Origin: Balanoglossus misakiensis
Taxonomy: Eukaryota; Animalia; Hemichordata
Assembly: GCA_040954595.2 (NCBI GenBank)
Contig: CM082585.2
Coordinates: 4,551,358 to 4,615,357, forward strand
DNA: 64,000 nucleotides
Direction of reading: 5' to 3'
In this document: positions 40,226 to 52,400 of the stretch, piece by piece
Layout of the letters: each line of letters begins with the position of its first letter
Position numbering within the stretch: the first letter of the stretch is position 1
Program-made: the position numbers and the translations under genes
Notes under the pieces: generated by a model
What the model saw: only the letters and a program-made list of their open reading frames with translations
Database searches by the model: none
What the model was told of the DNA's origin: nothing

Positions 40226-42070
40226 AGACCCTATTCATGCAATGTGGGAAAACATTTACGCGAACTGGACATCTAAAGGAACACATGAGGCACCAAACAA
40301 AAGAATGACCATATTCATGCAGTAAATGTGGTAAAACTTTTACTCAGAGGGGCGGTCTGCAGGAAGATACAAGGATCCATACAAATCTAAAACCTTATCC
40401 TTGCAGAGAATGTGAGAAAAACATTCAGAGTTTCAATCTAAAGAAACACAGAATGATCCATACAATTGAAAGTCTGTATTCATGCAATGAGTGTAGGAAA
40501 ACATTCAATCAAATAGCCATGTAAATGAACATACAAATGAAAGACCATATTCTTGAAATGCATGTGGGAAGACATTTACATCAAGAGGCCATTTCCAACA
40601 ACACATGAAAATATATATAAGGTTCCGGAAGAAGAAATTCAATTTCACTGTAAGAGTCTTTGAATCAAAAGTGTTCTGGTAATTATAAAACTCAGAATCC
40701 CTTTAAAGCGGGCAGCTCGTCTCACGCGCATGCGCGTAACTTCCCAGCAAATTTTCCGTTCGATGCATTCAAATAGTTGACTGCCTCCGCTTCCTTCCAT
40801 ATTTCATTCACACCGTGTTAGTAGATTCTGGTTTTGTTCCTCCTTTTCACCCAAGCTAGTGTCTTTTCCCGATCTCTGACACAGATTATGGTCGCCGCCA
40901 TCTTGTGTGAGCACTGCCTTATGGGATTGACTGTTCACTAAAGGTCTGTAACCAGCGGCTACAGTTGGAACATGCGTGTGAGACGAGCTTCGCACTTTAA
41001 ACTAAGCATATATTTTCAGAAAGCTTTAGATATAGAGAGGAATATGTTGGTTACTTCAGTGAGACAATCAATTATAAATAACCTTCCTGAAACTAGATAT
41101 CCAATTTGAATTTGTGTGAATGCAAGCTGTTGTAACTGTAATACAAATTGTGCCTGGGATTTTTTCAGCCCGTTCTGAGTTGTAAATCAACCGTGTGGTC
41201 TATCAATTTGATCCCCGAAAAAATCTAGATAAAAAATACTGTAATCTTGTGTCACTGGGGCAAATTTCAATAGCCTGTGGTGAAAACTGAACTCTATAGG
41301 TGCTGCCAAAGACAGCGACACTCTTCATCACACTTTGTTACTCGGAATAACATGAAAAACGTTTTTTTTGACACTCATGTATCATGTTACCTGTACATAT
41401 GTGAAGGACCAGGACATGCTGTCTTTAAAAAATCTAAGAAATTTCAAATCCTCTCCTTACAACCGGACGTCTTATCCTTACAACTGAATGCCTTCTCCTC
41501 GTGACCTAAACATCCATTCCCGATGATTGTGACAAGATAAGCTCATCTTTAGTCCCTGTTCACATTGTGTTTGGCACAGTCCTGGCCAACGTCGACTCGC
41601 CAACCTTTGACCTTATATAGCATGTTGGTCCTCTTCTGGTTGTTTATACAATTTTCACCATTGTCAAACGATAGACTACACTGTTTATGTCAATTGTACA
41701 AGGTGTCAACTAGGACCAGAGTCGGACAAAACGTGTCCACACACACCAGGCTGGGACCAGAGTCGACCACAAACCACCCCATTCGACTGGGACCAAAATT
41801 GTTCGGACAAGGGTCGGCCAGACCCGTTCACACGTTTTTTTTTGTTCGGCCGTGCTAGGACAAGGGCCTAGCCTGTTTTGAGTAATGTGTTAATTATAAT
41901 ACAAATATCACTGCTACTAAATTTTTGATAACAAACTGACATTGTTTTCGGTATTTCCACCAAAGATTGTTGATTAGACAGGAAATGTGTGATTTTGGAT
42001 TAAATATATTCAATCTGACTTTGTAGTATTCGCGATTGGATATCATCCATAGTGAGTAGGTGGGGCTTAA

Positions 42071-42828
42071 AGGGACTCTCTCTTGCTGCCCCTTTTCCAT
42101 TAATTATGTTTGATACAAGATACCGTTTATGTTATTCTAGCCCGGAGACCAGGGCGTTGATTCTAGAATTCCAACGTCCGGTGACAGTCTCTATTTACGC
42201 ACAGAACGACACGGGTGGTAAATCTTGCGTGTAAGCTAATTGGTCACTCAATGTAAACCAAATGACATCATCGCATTCTAAAGGAAATAGAGGTGGAGTC
42301 ACCAAGAAATTCCCGCGACGGGATGTGGGATTGGTTTTGAAGATGTATGAATATTCATAACCACGCTTTGTAAATTATATCATCCAACCACTGTTGCCCG
42401 TCAACATTTGATAGATCACTCGTTACCCATTCGTTACTAAGCGACCCTGATCGTTGCCATGGCTACTATCTTTCAGCTCAGAGGACATTGCTACACTGTC
42501 ACCGGGCGTTGGAATTCTAGAATCGACGCCCTGGTCTCCGGGCTAATGTTATTCTACATGTGGATGTATAGTGAATCAACTTTCTTCCACACACAACTTC
42601 CATCCTGTTTGTAGGATATGAGAGTAGATATCTCGCCAAAGTGAATAAACGGTAAACACCAATTATTAATTTGGCGAGTTTTTTCACTCTCATGTCTCCA
42701 AGTGGGATAGAAGTTGTGTGTGGTTGAACGTTGATTCACTATATATCCACATGTAGAATAACATAAACAGTGTCTTGTATCAAACATAATTGATGGAAAA
42801 AGGACAACGAGAGAGAGACTTTGTCCCT
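42071..42828. mobile_element. TTAA fold-back MITE with nested 9-bp-TSD MITE (42138-42545); same as 5143-5903
   Basis: Near-identical to 5143-5903, including the nested insertion. Confidence 0.75.
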
Positions 42829-42832
42829 TTAA

Positions 42833-43451
42833 AGGGGAAATCCGCTGTAGCTGATTTCTACATAATTTGGTAGCTTTGATGTCTCTCTTTCAGAAAAAAA
42901 CATATTGGCCATGTATAGGTCGCGCGATTTTTTACAAAATCTAGGGAAAGTTGGCAGAATTTCCAATATGGCGTTTACTGTAATTTGAATCATGGGAAAA
43001 AAAGCGCCAGGAGCAACTTCCGCCCACCATGGTGTGGGTGATACCATTCTCCGATTGGTGTCACTGGGTGACAGACTAGGCGTATTTTCATAGCTATTGT
43101 TTGTTCTTTGCATCAGTTGATAAACAATCATCAGCAAAGTCGAAAATTTGTCATCTATTGACAGTTTTCATGAGCTATAACCCATGAAAAATATGCATAT
43201 ACGCTTAGCTTGTGACACAGTGACACCAATCGGAAAATGGTATCACCCACACCAAGGTGGGCGGAAGTTGGTCCTGGCGCTTTTTTTCCCATGATTCAAA
43301 TTACAGTAAACGCCATATTGGAAATTCTGCCAACTTTCCCTAGATTTTGTAAAAAATCGCGCGACCTATACATGGCGAATATGTTTTTTTCTGAAAGAGA
43401 GACATCAAAGCTACCAAATTATGTAGAAATCAGCTACAGCGGATTTCCCCT
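42833..43451. mobile_element. 619-bp fold-back MITE, ~230-bp TIR, TTAA TSD (Kolobok-like)
   Basis: TTAA|AGGGGAAATCCGCTGTAGCTG...CAGCTACAGCGGATTTCCCCT|TTAA; empty site at 5904. Explains the mirrored ORFs 42829-43137(-) and 43237-43455(+). Confidence 0.9.
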
Positions 43452-43911
43452 TTAAGTCTTTAGATTGTACATCAGAAATGTATATGAATTTCATGTTCTA
43501 CCAAGTGAATTGGGATGTTTATTGTTATCTCATTAAAAGTTGAAACGAATATGTATTTGGCCAGGGCTGAACTACTGGCAGAAGAATTGTTAACTGTTCA
43601 CTGTTTTTGATCAATTCTTACAAGTTTATTTTTGTGTTTTTGTTGTCAGGCCAATAAACAATCAAAACTTGTTCAATTTCAGAGAGAGGGCGCTCTACAC
43701 TCGTCATCTAAGGAAACGGTGTTTGAACGCTGCGCTTGTTTTTTCGCAAATATTCGTTTTTCAGTTTATGTCTGGCGTTGTTTTTCGCCGTGACGACTTG
43801 GACAAAGTTGTTGTCGTTTAGAAGTAACTTCATTTGACTACCTTCCGGCTTGTCTGTGACTGCGGGAGCTTTTTTCGGTGTCCAGCAGAGACAAAGGAAA
43901 GTGACCCTATC

Positions 43912-45144
43912 ATGGCCGCTGTGGCGACTACGAGCTACGCCCAAGTGGTGAGACGAACCGACATTCCAGCGGTTGAAATTGCAGAAAAGGAAGAAGGGTG
44001 TGTGATATTCCTGAAGCAATCAGATGTTGTGAACGCAGAAACAAAGCTATGGTTGAAAGGTGAGGAAATTTTGGCCTCGATGGCAGAAGTTGTACCCATA
44101 GAGAACATTAAGGGCTTACAACGTATTCGAGGGTTGTGGCGAATTTATCCCAAGGATGACGCAGATAAGCTGATACTCCTACAGCATGGGTTATCGCTTC
44201 GTGGCAAGGCAATTGATCTTTGGGATAGAAACCCCTTCAGACGCGAACTGCATGAAGACTGGATGAAAGTTACTGTAAAAGACCTACCACTGTCGCTGGA
44301 GGATAGTGTCATTCACAGTGCTTTGATCAATATTGGTCTGAAGACTAGAACGAAAATCGCTAGGCAAAAGTGGCGAATTAATGGTAAGCTCACTGATATC
44401 TGTAATGGGGATCGAGTAGTTTACATTGAACGGACAAAAGAAGAATTATTAAAGTTTATTAAAGTCGGTACTTTCACAGCAAGGTTGTTTGTGACAACTC
44501 AAAATCAAGGACCAACAGGCGAGAAGCGCTGCAATAACTGTCTACAGGTGGGACATCTTCGTAGCCATTGTCAAAATCAAATTAGATGCAGATTTTGTGA
44601 CAAGGCTGGTCACATTGCAAAAGACTGTGCAGCCGCCAAGAATGTCAGTCATGCTGCAAATGACATCATAGGTGTTAATGGCGCGTCTTCAAATGCACCT
44701 GAATCCAATCAATCCACCAGTCCAACCAGAGAGCGGCATTCTCAGCCCCTCCCCGTGGACAATCCTTTGTCTGCGCCAACCGTATTCCAAGAGGACAAAG
44801 GATCGCACACTCCCACCCTGCGCATGCACAGTAAACCATCATCAACGCCTTCGGATCAGAAGACCCGCCAACGGACAATTACGTCCTTTCTCTCCGGACC
44901 ACAGACGGTACCTGAACCACCACGCGATTCGCATGTACCTCAGCAAGGAAAAGACGACTCGAACAGCGAAGTGTCAACTCACATCAGCGAAAGTGAAGAA
45001 GACCGTTTCGTTGACTGCGACACCTCGCGTGAAGGTATGTCCGAACTCTCGCCCGCGTCACCGTCTGTACTTCCGAAGGGCAAAGGCACTGATGAAAACA
45101 GCAGGAAGAAACGTAAGCGAAAGAGGAAACAAAAAAGTAAATGA
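43912..45144 (+). CDS. LINE ORF1 (gag-like nucleic-acid chaperone, two CCHC knuckles)
   Basis: MAAVATTSYAQVV start; CNNCLQVGHLRSHC and CRFCDKAGHIAKDC; basic C-terminus; its TGA overlaps the ORF2 ATG (ATGA). Confidence 0.9.
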   Translation: MAAVATTSYAQVVRRTDIPAVEIAEKEEGCVIFLKQSDVVNAETKLWLKGEEILASMAEVVPIENIKGLQRIRGLWRIYPKDDADKLILLQHGLSLRGKAIDLWDRNPFRRELHEDWMKVTVKDLPLSLEDSVIHSALINIGLKTRTKIARQKWRINGKLTDICNGDRVVYIERTKEELLKFIKVGTFTARLFVTTQNQGPTGEKRCNNCLQVGHLRSHCQNQIRCRFCDKAGHIAKDCAAAKNVSHAANDIIGVNGASSNAPESNQSTSPTRERHSQPLPVDNPLSAPTVFQEDKGSHTPTLRMHSKPSSTPSDQKTRQRTITSFLSGPQTVPEPPRDSHVPQQGKDDSNSEVSTHISESEEDRFVDCDTSREGMSELSPASPSVLPKGKGTDENSRKKRKRKRKQKSK

Positions 45145-48100
45145 CTCAGAAACTGAACATTGTTACTTTAAACGTTAGAGGTTTGAACAATAATCCTAAA
45201 CGCCGTGATATTTTCCAGTGGCTCAAATACCAAAAAGCCGCTCTTTGTATTTTGCAAGAAGTTCACTGTCAAAAGGAAAGCATTGCATTGTGGGAAAAAG
45301 AATGGGGTGGAGAAATCATATTTTCAGAGGGAACCAGTAACAGCAGAGGTGTTGCGATTTTAATTTCACGCAACTTTAACTTTCATACTGATAGTATTTT
45401 CAAAGACATTTCTGGCAGAATTGTCATTGTAAACGGCACACATAAAGACACTGGCTTTTCTGTGTGTTGTGTATATGCACCAAATGACAGTGTACAGAGA
45501 GCGAGCTTCTTTACAAACTTATCAACTGTGCTCGAAGAGAACTGTATGTATGACAATGTTATTATTGGTGGTGATTTCAACTGTGCAATCAACAGAAATT
45601 TAGACAGAACTTCTCATTCAAAGCATGCTGATAAGTCTGTTCACTCGTTAATTAGACTTTTGCGTCATTTTGATTTAACTGACATCTGGAGAGTTCGTCA
45701 CCCAAATCTTCTGCAATTTACTTGGAGGCGTTTGCAGCCAAATCCAATCCATAGTAGGCTAGACTACTTTTTCGTTTCTAAAAGTCTTGTAAAGGTCACA
45801 AAAAGAGTTGAAATTAGGCCAGCGGTAAAAACGGACCATTTGTCAGTTTTCTTAGAAATCGACATATTCAAAAATGACAGAGGTCCTGGTACTTGGAAGT
45901 TTAACAAATACTTACTTACCAAACAAAATTTTGTTGATGGCATTCAAAATGTCATTAGGTCTTGCAGGGTTAAATACGCAGATATCAATGCAAAAACGAG
46001 TTGGGATTTGACGAAAAAAGACATCAAAGAGTTTACAATTAATTACACACATAATGTTACCAGGAACAACAGTCAGCTCATTCCAGAATTAGAAAAACAG
46101 TTAGTATTGGCTGAACAAAACATGATTCATGTACCCTCAGATGCAAATATCCAATACTATGGGTCTATTAAACAGCGTCTGGAGGAGTTATATATTCTTC
46201 AAGCAGAAGGTGCACAATTACGCTCCAAAGCTGCATGGATTGAACAAGGTGAAAAAAACACCAAGTATTTTTTGAGTTTGGAAAAATCCAATGCAATGAA
46301 AAAAGAGATGAAGGTACTTTATACGCAAGAAGGTAAATATGTCTCTGACTCAGAGCAGATTCTGAATGGGCAGAAAAGTTTTTATTGTAATTTATACAAG
46401 TCAAGTGATAAAGAGATGGATTTAAATGAGTTTTTAGGGGACACACCTGTGCCGCATTTGACTGAAGATCAGCGTAACATGTGTGAAGGCGAGTTACTGG
46501 AGAAGGAATGTTTTACAGCACTTTCTAGCATTGCCAACAATAAGTCCCCAGGTTCTGACGGCCTAACAGCCGAGTTTTATCGTTTCTTTTGGCGGGATAT
46601 TTCTGATTTGGTTTTATCTTCTTTAAATGAAGCATATAGTAGCGGAAACCTGTCGGTTTCTCAAAAACGCGGGTTGCTTACACTTTTGTTTAAAAAGGGT
46701 GCAGAGGAAGATCTTAACAATTGGCGTCCAATTTCCCTTCTTAACACTGACTACAAGATTGCTACCAAAGCACTGTCAAATCGTCTGAAACGCGTCCTTC
46801 CTTCATTAATTCATCGTGATCAAACTGGGTACATAAAAGGGCGTTACATTGGTGAAAACGTCCGTCTTATTTCAGATATTTTCCAGCTGTCCAGAAAACA
46901 AAAAGTCGACAGCGCAATTATTTTTGTTGATTATGAAAAGGCTTTTGACAGCGTCAATTGGGTGTATATGGAGGAAGTGCTACGGAGGTTTCAGTTTGGT
47001 CAGTCTTTTTGTCAGTGGGTTAAAACTCTTTATACAGATATTCAAAGTTGTATTTTGTACAAAGGCTGGTGTTCCAGCTTTTTCAATTTACATCGTGGTG
47101 TAAGACAAGGCTGTTCTCTTTCGGCCCTGCTGTTTGTACTTGCCATTGAAATGCTAGCATGCAAAATAAGACATGATAAAAACATAAAGGGTGTCAAACT
47201 ACCAACTCACAATAACAGAGTTTGTGAAGCAAAAATTTCCCTGCTAGCAGATGACACGACTATTTTTGTGCGTGACAAAGCCTCGATTGAGCATTTGCTA
47301 GTTATCATGGACAGTTTTCATGGTTGTAGTGGTCTAAAAATTAACAAGAAAAAAACAAAAGGTATGTGGCTAGGCGGTCACAGACAAAGCACGGAGAAAG
47401 CTGGTGACATCTGTTGGACTAAGGATCCTGTCAAAACACTTGGTGTTTACTTTGGACACGATGTTGAGCTGTGTAAAAGTCTGAACTGGTCAGATAAAAT
47501 AACTGCTATTGAAAACTTATTAATGTCATGGAAAAGACGACATCTTACTCTTTATGGTAAAATTCTCATCACAAAATCTTTAGCATTGTCAAAAATTACA
47601 TACTTGTCATCTGTCATTGGTATCCCTGATGATATTTGCTGTAAAATTCAGGCTCTCATTGACAATTTTGTTAAGGGTAATAGGAAAATTTCAAATAAGG
47701 TTCTCCAAAGGGAATATAACTATGGTGGTCTAAAGCACGTTAACGTACAGTTTCAGATAAAAGCAATGTACGCCATGTGGGTTAAAAGGCTAGTCGAAAG
47801 TAGAGATGTGACATGGTCTGTTTTACCATGGTCCTTCTTTCAGTTAGACCAGACGACGAATTTACTACAACAATGTGTTGTGTGGCGTAAAATCCCAAGT
47901 CACGTCCTGTCAATTTTACCAGACTTTTATGTGAAAGTTTTGAAAGCATGGTTTAGTGTGAATACAAGGCACAACACTGTTCAACACTCATTACTTGGGT
48001 GGTCTCACAAATTTAGTTGTTTTTACGTCAAAAATACTGAAGAAAATGACTACAGTGTTGTCATTAATGACTCAAAAGTACCACTCAGTGAACTGACTTG

Positions 48101-48713
48101 TAAGACACTTTATATGAAACTTTTACAGCAACATTCAATTCACACCAGTAACAAACTTGAAAAATGGTTTCACAATCTTCAAGTTACACCTAGGGATATA
48201 GATGTGGTAAGTCGTAACATTTGGAAACGCGTGTACACCATTACTTACGAGATAAAACTTAGAGCTTTTCAATGGAAACTTTTAAACCGTTTACTTCCGT
48301 GCAACAAATATTTGTATTTTTGGAAGCTGAAAGACTATATGTACTGTCCTGTTTGTCTTCAAGAAGATTCCTTGGAACATAGATTTTTAGATTGTAAAAT
48401 TGCTGAAAGGTGCTGGACAAAGGTCAACAACATTATCTGTAATATTACAGGGAGAACACTACGAGTGACTCCTCTTAATATAATTTTCGCTGACTCTTTT
48501 GACAACACCATCCCAAAAGACTATAACCTTGTACTACAATTCTTGATTTTGCTGGGCAAATGGAGCATTCATAAGTATTGGATATGTAACACGAACACAC
48601 CAATTGAAGTGGTATTTAAGAACGAATTTAAGTTAAGATATAACATAGAGAAAAAAATATATTGCAGAGCCAACATAATGGATATATTTGAAAAAGTTTA
48701 TAATTTGATTTGA
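45141..48713 (+). CDS. LINE ORF2: APE endonuclease + reverse transcriptase + C-terminal CCHC
   Basis: TLNVRGL, LQEVH, GGDFN, SRLDYF, TDH (APE); KSPGSDG, WRPISLLNTDYKI, DYEKAFDSV, GVRQG, LLADD (RT); CPVC..EDSLEH..LDC; 1190 aa uninterrupted. Confidence 0.97.
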   Translation: MTQKLNIVTLNVRGLNNNPKRRDIFQWLKYQKAALCILQEVHCQKESIALWEKEWGGEIIFSEGTSNSRGVAILISRNFNFHTDSIFKDISGRIVIVNGTHKDTGFSVCCVYAPNDSVQRASFFTNLSTVLEENCMYDNVIIGGDFNCAINRNLDRTSHSKHADKSVHSLIRLLRHFDLTDIWRVRHPNLLQFTWRRLQPNPIHSRLDYFFVSKSLVKVTKRVEIRPAVKTDHLSVFLEIDIFKNDRGPGTWKFNKYLLTKQNFVDGIQNVIRSCRVKYADINAKTSWDLTKKDIKEFTINYTHNVTRNNSQLIPELEKQLVLAEQNMIHVPSDANIQYYGSIKQRLEELYILQAEGAQLRSKAAWIEQGEKNTKYFLSLEKSNAMKKEMKVLYTQEGKYVSDSEQILNGQKSFYCNLYKSSDKEMDLNEFLGDTPVPHLTEDQRNMCEGELLEKECFTALSSIANNKSPGSDGLTAEFYRFFWRDISDLVLSSLNEAYSSGNLSVSQKRGLLTLLFKKGAEEDLNNWRPISLLNTDYKIATKALSNRLKRVLPSLIHRDQTGYIKGRYIGENVRLISDIFQLSRKQKVDSAIIFVDYEKAFDSVNWVYMEEVLRRFQFGQSFCQWVKTLYTDIQSCILYKGWCSSFFNLHRGVRQGCSLSALLFVLAIEMLACKIRHDKNIKGVKLPTHNNRVCEAKISLLADDTTIFVRDKASIEHLLVIMDSFHGCSGLKINKKKTKGMWLGGHRQSTEKAGDICWTKDPVKTLGVYFGHDVELCKSLNWSDKITAIENLLMSWKRRHLTLYGKILITKSLALSKITYLSSVIGIPDDICCKIQALIDNFVKGNRKISNKVLQREYNYGGLKHVNVQFQIKAMYAMWVKRLVESRDVTWSVLPWSFFQLDQTTNLLQQCVVWRKIPSHVLSILPDFYVKVLKAWFSVNTRHNTVQHSLLGWSHKFSCFYVKNTEENDYSVVINDSKVPLSELTCKTLYMKLLQQHSIHTSNKLEKWFHNLQVTPRDIDVVSRNIWKRVYTITYEIKLRAFQWKLLNRLLPCNKYLYFWKLKDYMYCPVCLQEDSLEHRFLDCKIAERCWTKVNNIICNITGRTLRVTPLNIIFADSFDNTIPKDYNLVLQFLILLGKWSIHKYWICNTNTPIEVVFKNEFKLRYNIEKKIYCRANIMDIFEKVYNLI

Positions 48714-49428
48714 TTGTATTTTTCTATCTCTTTTGCATTTATTACGTAAGGATTTTTAATAAAAGAGAAAAAAAAAAAAAAACTTGTTCAATTTCTCTTT
48801 TTTTAAATCTGTTGTTTTGTATGAAAAAGATTTTAATTGATGAAGACCCACAATGAACCCAATTCATCCAAAACATGGACATGTTTCCGACTACTCTTTA
48901 ATTGTTTGTATTCTGGTCTTTACGAGTGTCATTATGTGGTTTTTGCTGGTCAATAAACAACTGAAACTGTCCAAATTTTGGAATGACATTTGATCCAATT
49001 CTCCCCACTACAACGTTTTATATACAGACTTCAAAAACTAAAAATGATTAGGAATGGGATACATGAACATTGTTGAGGGTCAAAATCTCGCCCTCTGAGA
49101 ATTAATGCCTTTATATTGGATAGATATACCAGTACCAAATTCCATCGCAAATCTTGAAAACAAGTGAATACTGAGAATACACGTGGAAAGTCTGACATTG
49201 CTAGTGCTGAGACACATTTTGAAACCATCGTTTTTAATATTGTTTCAATGCTTGCAGTTGAGTTTGAAGTTTACTGGTGCGGGCGGAGACGAAGTTGTTG
49301 TCCGTCTATAGGAAGTTGACCGACCTTTCACGTACATGTCCTTGGTCACATCCCAACGAAAGCCCCTCTCAGCCCTTCCCGCCAGGTGGCGCCATTCACT
49401 GACCTGATGACCTTTCACCCTAGTTAAA

Positions 49429-52400
49429 ATGGCGGAAGCTAACATGCTGCAGACTAGACTGTGGCCGTGGAGAACTGGAAACCGAATGAACGCCACACCA
49501 ATTTGCAACCACTTGACAAGTGCTGGTATGTATCTTTTTCCACATCTGTTCCTGCTGAGTTCGAAAGATTATGATTTGCTGTAATTCGGTGACATTCGAT
49601 CACTTTTTCGATAGTTCAATTAGTTGCTGCTGTTCCGTAGCTCTACCACTCCCCCCAAAAGAAACAACCTATATAGCATCGCCGATCGTGAAAGAACACT
49701 TATAATTAATATTGTGACAAAAAAGCTATAGATCTCCCAACATCATATGCAATTGGAAGAACATTTGGATTTGATTTAATGTTTGTACACACCAAATTAC
49801 GCACATGTAGTACATAAGCTTAAGACGATTATCAAGCTTAAACTTCATCCTCCATAGACATTATTATAACTGTTAATATTCAACAAATGAATTTTGAAGG
49901 TTCTTTCTTGGGTGTTACAATGTATGTCCTAAACCAGTGTGTGTGGCAAAAAAACATGTAAACATAACATACCAGCAGACAGAGTGTGAATGAATGTTCA
50001 TGCCTTATTTTTCCAGAATGTTCAGAGGTGTGCAGACTGTACAGAAATTCAAATAAGTTACATGAACTTGGCAGGCTATTGGAAGTATTAAATAGCAAAC
50101 TTAGGCATAAAGTTGAAGCTGGTGCTGAATCCTTTGATGGTAAGTAAGCATCAAGTCTTACTGTTACAATGGAGGTACAGACCCGCCAATAAGTATTTAC
50201 GCACCCACGTTCTGCAGTCAAAACGTTTCAGAAACATGAAATAACACACCTTGCAGACAGTTTTTAGCGAAATTCAAAAATATTTAATAAATTCACGAGA
50301 AACAACAGTTGTACAGCGAAAATCTTTCATGTGCGATTAAATTTGAGCGAGAAATATTGACGTAAATATAGATATGCAACGGAGTCGGCGAAACGTTCCA
50401 TTCTCTATGGGAACAACAATGCAAAGAACGTCATGAATATTCATGAGGTGAAATCGAACGTAACAACTGTCAATAATGGGTATGTCCACCCCTTCTCCTG
50501 ATGACCTCTCGCAGGCGCTTGGGCATAGTGTCGACGAGTTTCCGACACATATTTTGCTGGAATTGTTCCCAAGATGTTACAATGCGGTCAAACAGGTCGT
50601 CGATGCTGTGAATTGGACGGGAATGAACGTCCAAGTCAATTAACTCCCACAGGTTTTCGATGGGGCTCAAATCTGGAGACTGGGCTGGCCACTCCAAAGT
50701 AGTGAAATTGTCAAACGGATTTCCGTAATCCTGGGGATTTTGCAGAAATGATTTCACATCCAAGGCAGTATGTACGGGGGCATTATCCTGCTGGAACACA
50801 AAGTCGGGCCCTACGAGTCTCAAAGCCGATGGTAGCATTTCGTTTTGTAGAACGTCCAGGTACTTCCAGCGATTCATGGTGTTCTCGACTCGAACGAGCG
50901 AACCCACACCTGCAGCCGAGAAACAACCCCAAACCATGACACTGCCACCACCAAACTTTACTGTGGGACTGATACAGTCAATTTCGTACTCCTCGCCGGG
51001 TCGCCGTCTAACGAAAACTCTCCCTCGGCTCCTGTACACGGTGAACTTCGACTCGTCCGACCAAACAACCCGGGACCACTGAACAGGAGTCCAGTTGACG
51101 TAACGCCGGGCGAAACGTAGTCGCGCTGTGATGTGCCTGGGTTGTAATTTCGGCTTTTTCTTGGCCACACATCCACAAAGTCTGGCTCCTCTATACAATC
51201 GGGATTTGATTGTGCTCAGACTCAAAAGTTTCCCGGTATCCTCGTGAAACTTAGCGCGGAGGTCACGGGCCGTCTTAAACCTGTCCGTCAGGCTTGATCT
51301 AATCAACATTCGGTCTTCCCATTCCGTTGTTCGCCTTTGCCGTCCAGACCGAGGTAAATTGTCCGTGCTACCATTTTGAGCAAGTTTCTGAATATTGTAC
51401 CTGACGCTGCCTTCGGTGATTCCAAACTTCCTTGCGATTTCTCGGTTTCTCAAACCTTGCCTATGCAGTGCCTCAATTTGACCTTTCAAAAATTCAGGAA
51501 GTTCGCGAACTTTGGGCATGGTTTCATTGATCCAATGTTTACAAACAAAAATTATGCAGCAACCTCCGACGACCTCGATCAGAATATTCATAAGCAAGTC
51601 TGGCAGATTTTCCCGCCCCCAAATTTAATCGGAATTATATTTAAAAGCTCTGATTGGTGGATATTTAAATATGAATAGAGGGAAATTAGCCACGGAAACA
51701 ATGGCGCGAAAAGTTAATGAGATGCAAATGATATGTTAATGAGTATACCGCCATTGCAATAACCATAGGAATTTTCACTGGCCGAAAAACACACCGCGTA
51801 TGCAGTCATATTCAGCGCGGCAACACATCTGTGTTGACTAAAATTTGTTAATTATTCCGTTGGTTATTTATTTTCGGAAATAAGTTACAGTCGATCGATT
51901 TTGTGAATAATTTTTCATGTCAAACGTACATTTTCAAGGTGCGTAAATACTTATTGGCGGGTCTGTATATAGTTTAGAGTACATGCAGTATTTATATTTA
52001 CACATACAACATGGAGAAAACTAAAAAAAATGTTGTTTGTCCAAACACATACTTGAATAAAAATGTAGGTCAATTTACAGATGTTGCGGAAAAATACATA
52101 TCCGAAGACTGACAAGCAACAGAGACCACTTCACATCAAACACTAGTTGCCATGGAGCCCAACATACGTAGTGGCAACACAGGGGGCTGCAAACATGAAA
52201 GTTATAAATGGCGAAGTACGTTCCGTTCTGCAGTTTTCCCAACCTGTCTTATCATTTGCTAATCCAGAATAAAAGCTATCAATTTCCCATTAATCATCTG
52301 CTAACGACTTAATCTATGTGCCCCATCCAAGGATTAAGTTGATAAAGTAAACATTGGTCAGCGAGTACTGGGTATAACAAGAGTAAGGGAGGAAACTCGC

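Larger units (their letters stand above)
43681..48778 (+). mobile_element. Full-length non-LTR retrotransposon, L1/Tx1 clade
   Basis: Two intact ORFs; AATAAA plus poly(A) tail; TSD AAAACTTGTTCAATTTC (43664-43680 and 48779-48795); empty site at 6116. Confidence 0.96.

Noticed and set aside
42829-43455. Same peptide encoded on both strands (MVSPTP..AEV.PGAFFPMIQ...)
   Set aside because: A product of the ~230-bp terminal inverted repeats of a MITE.
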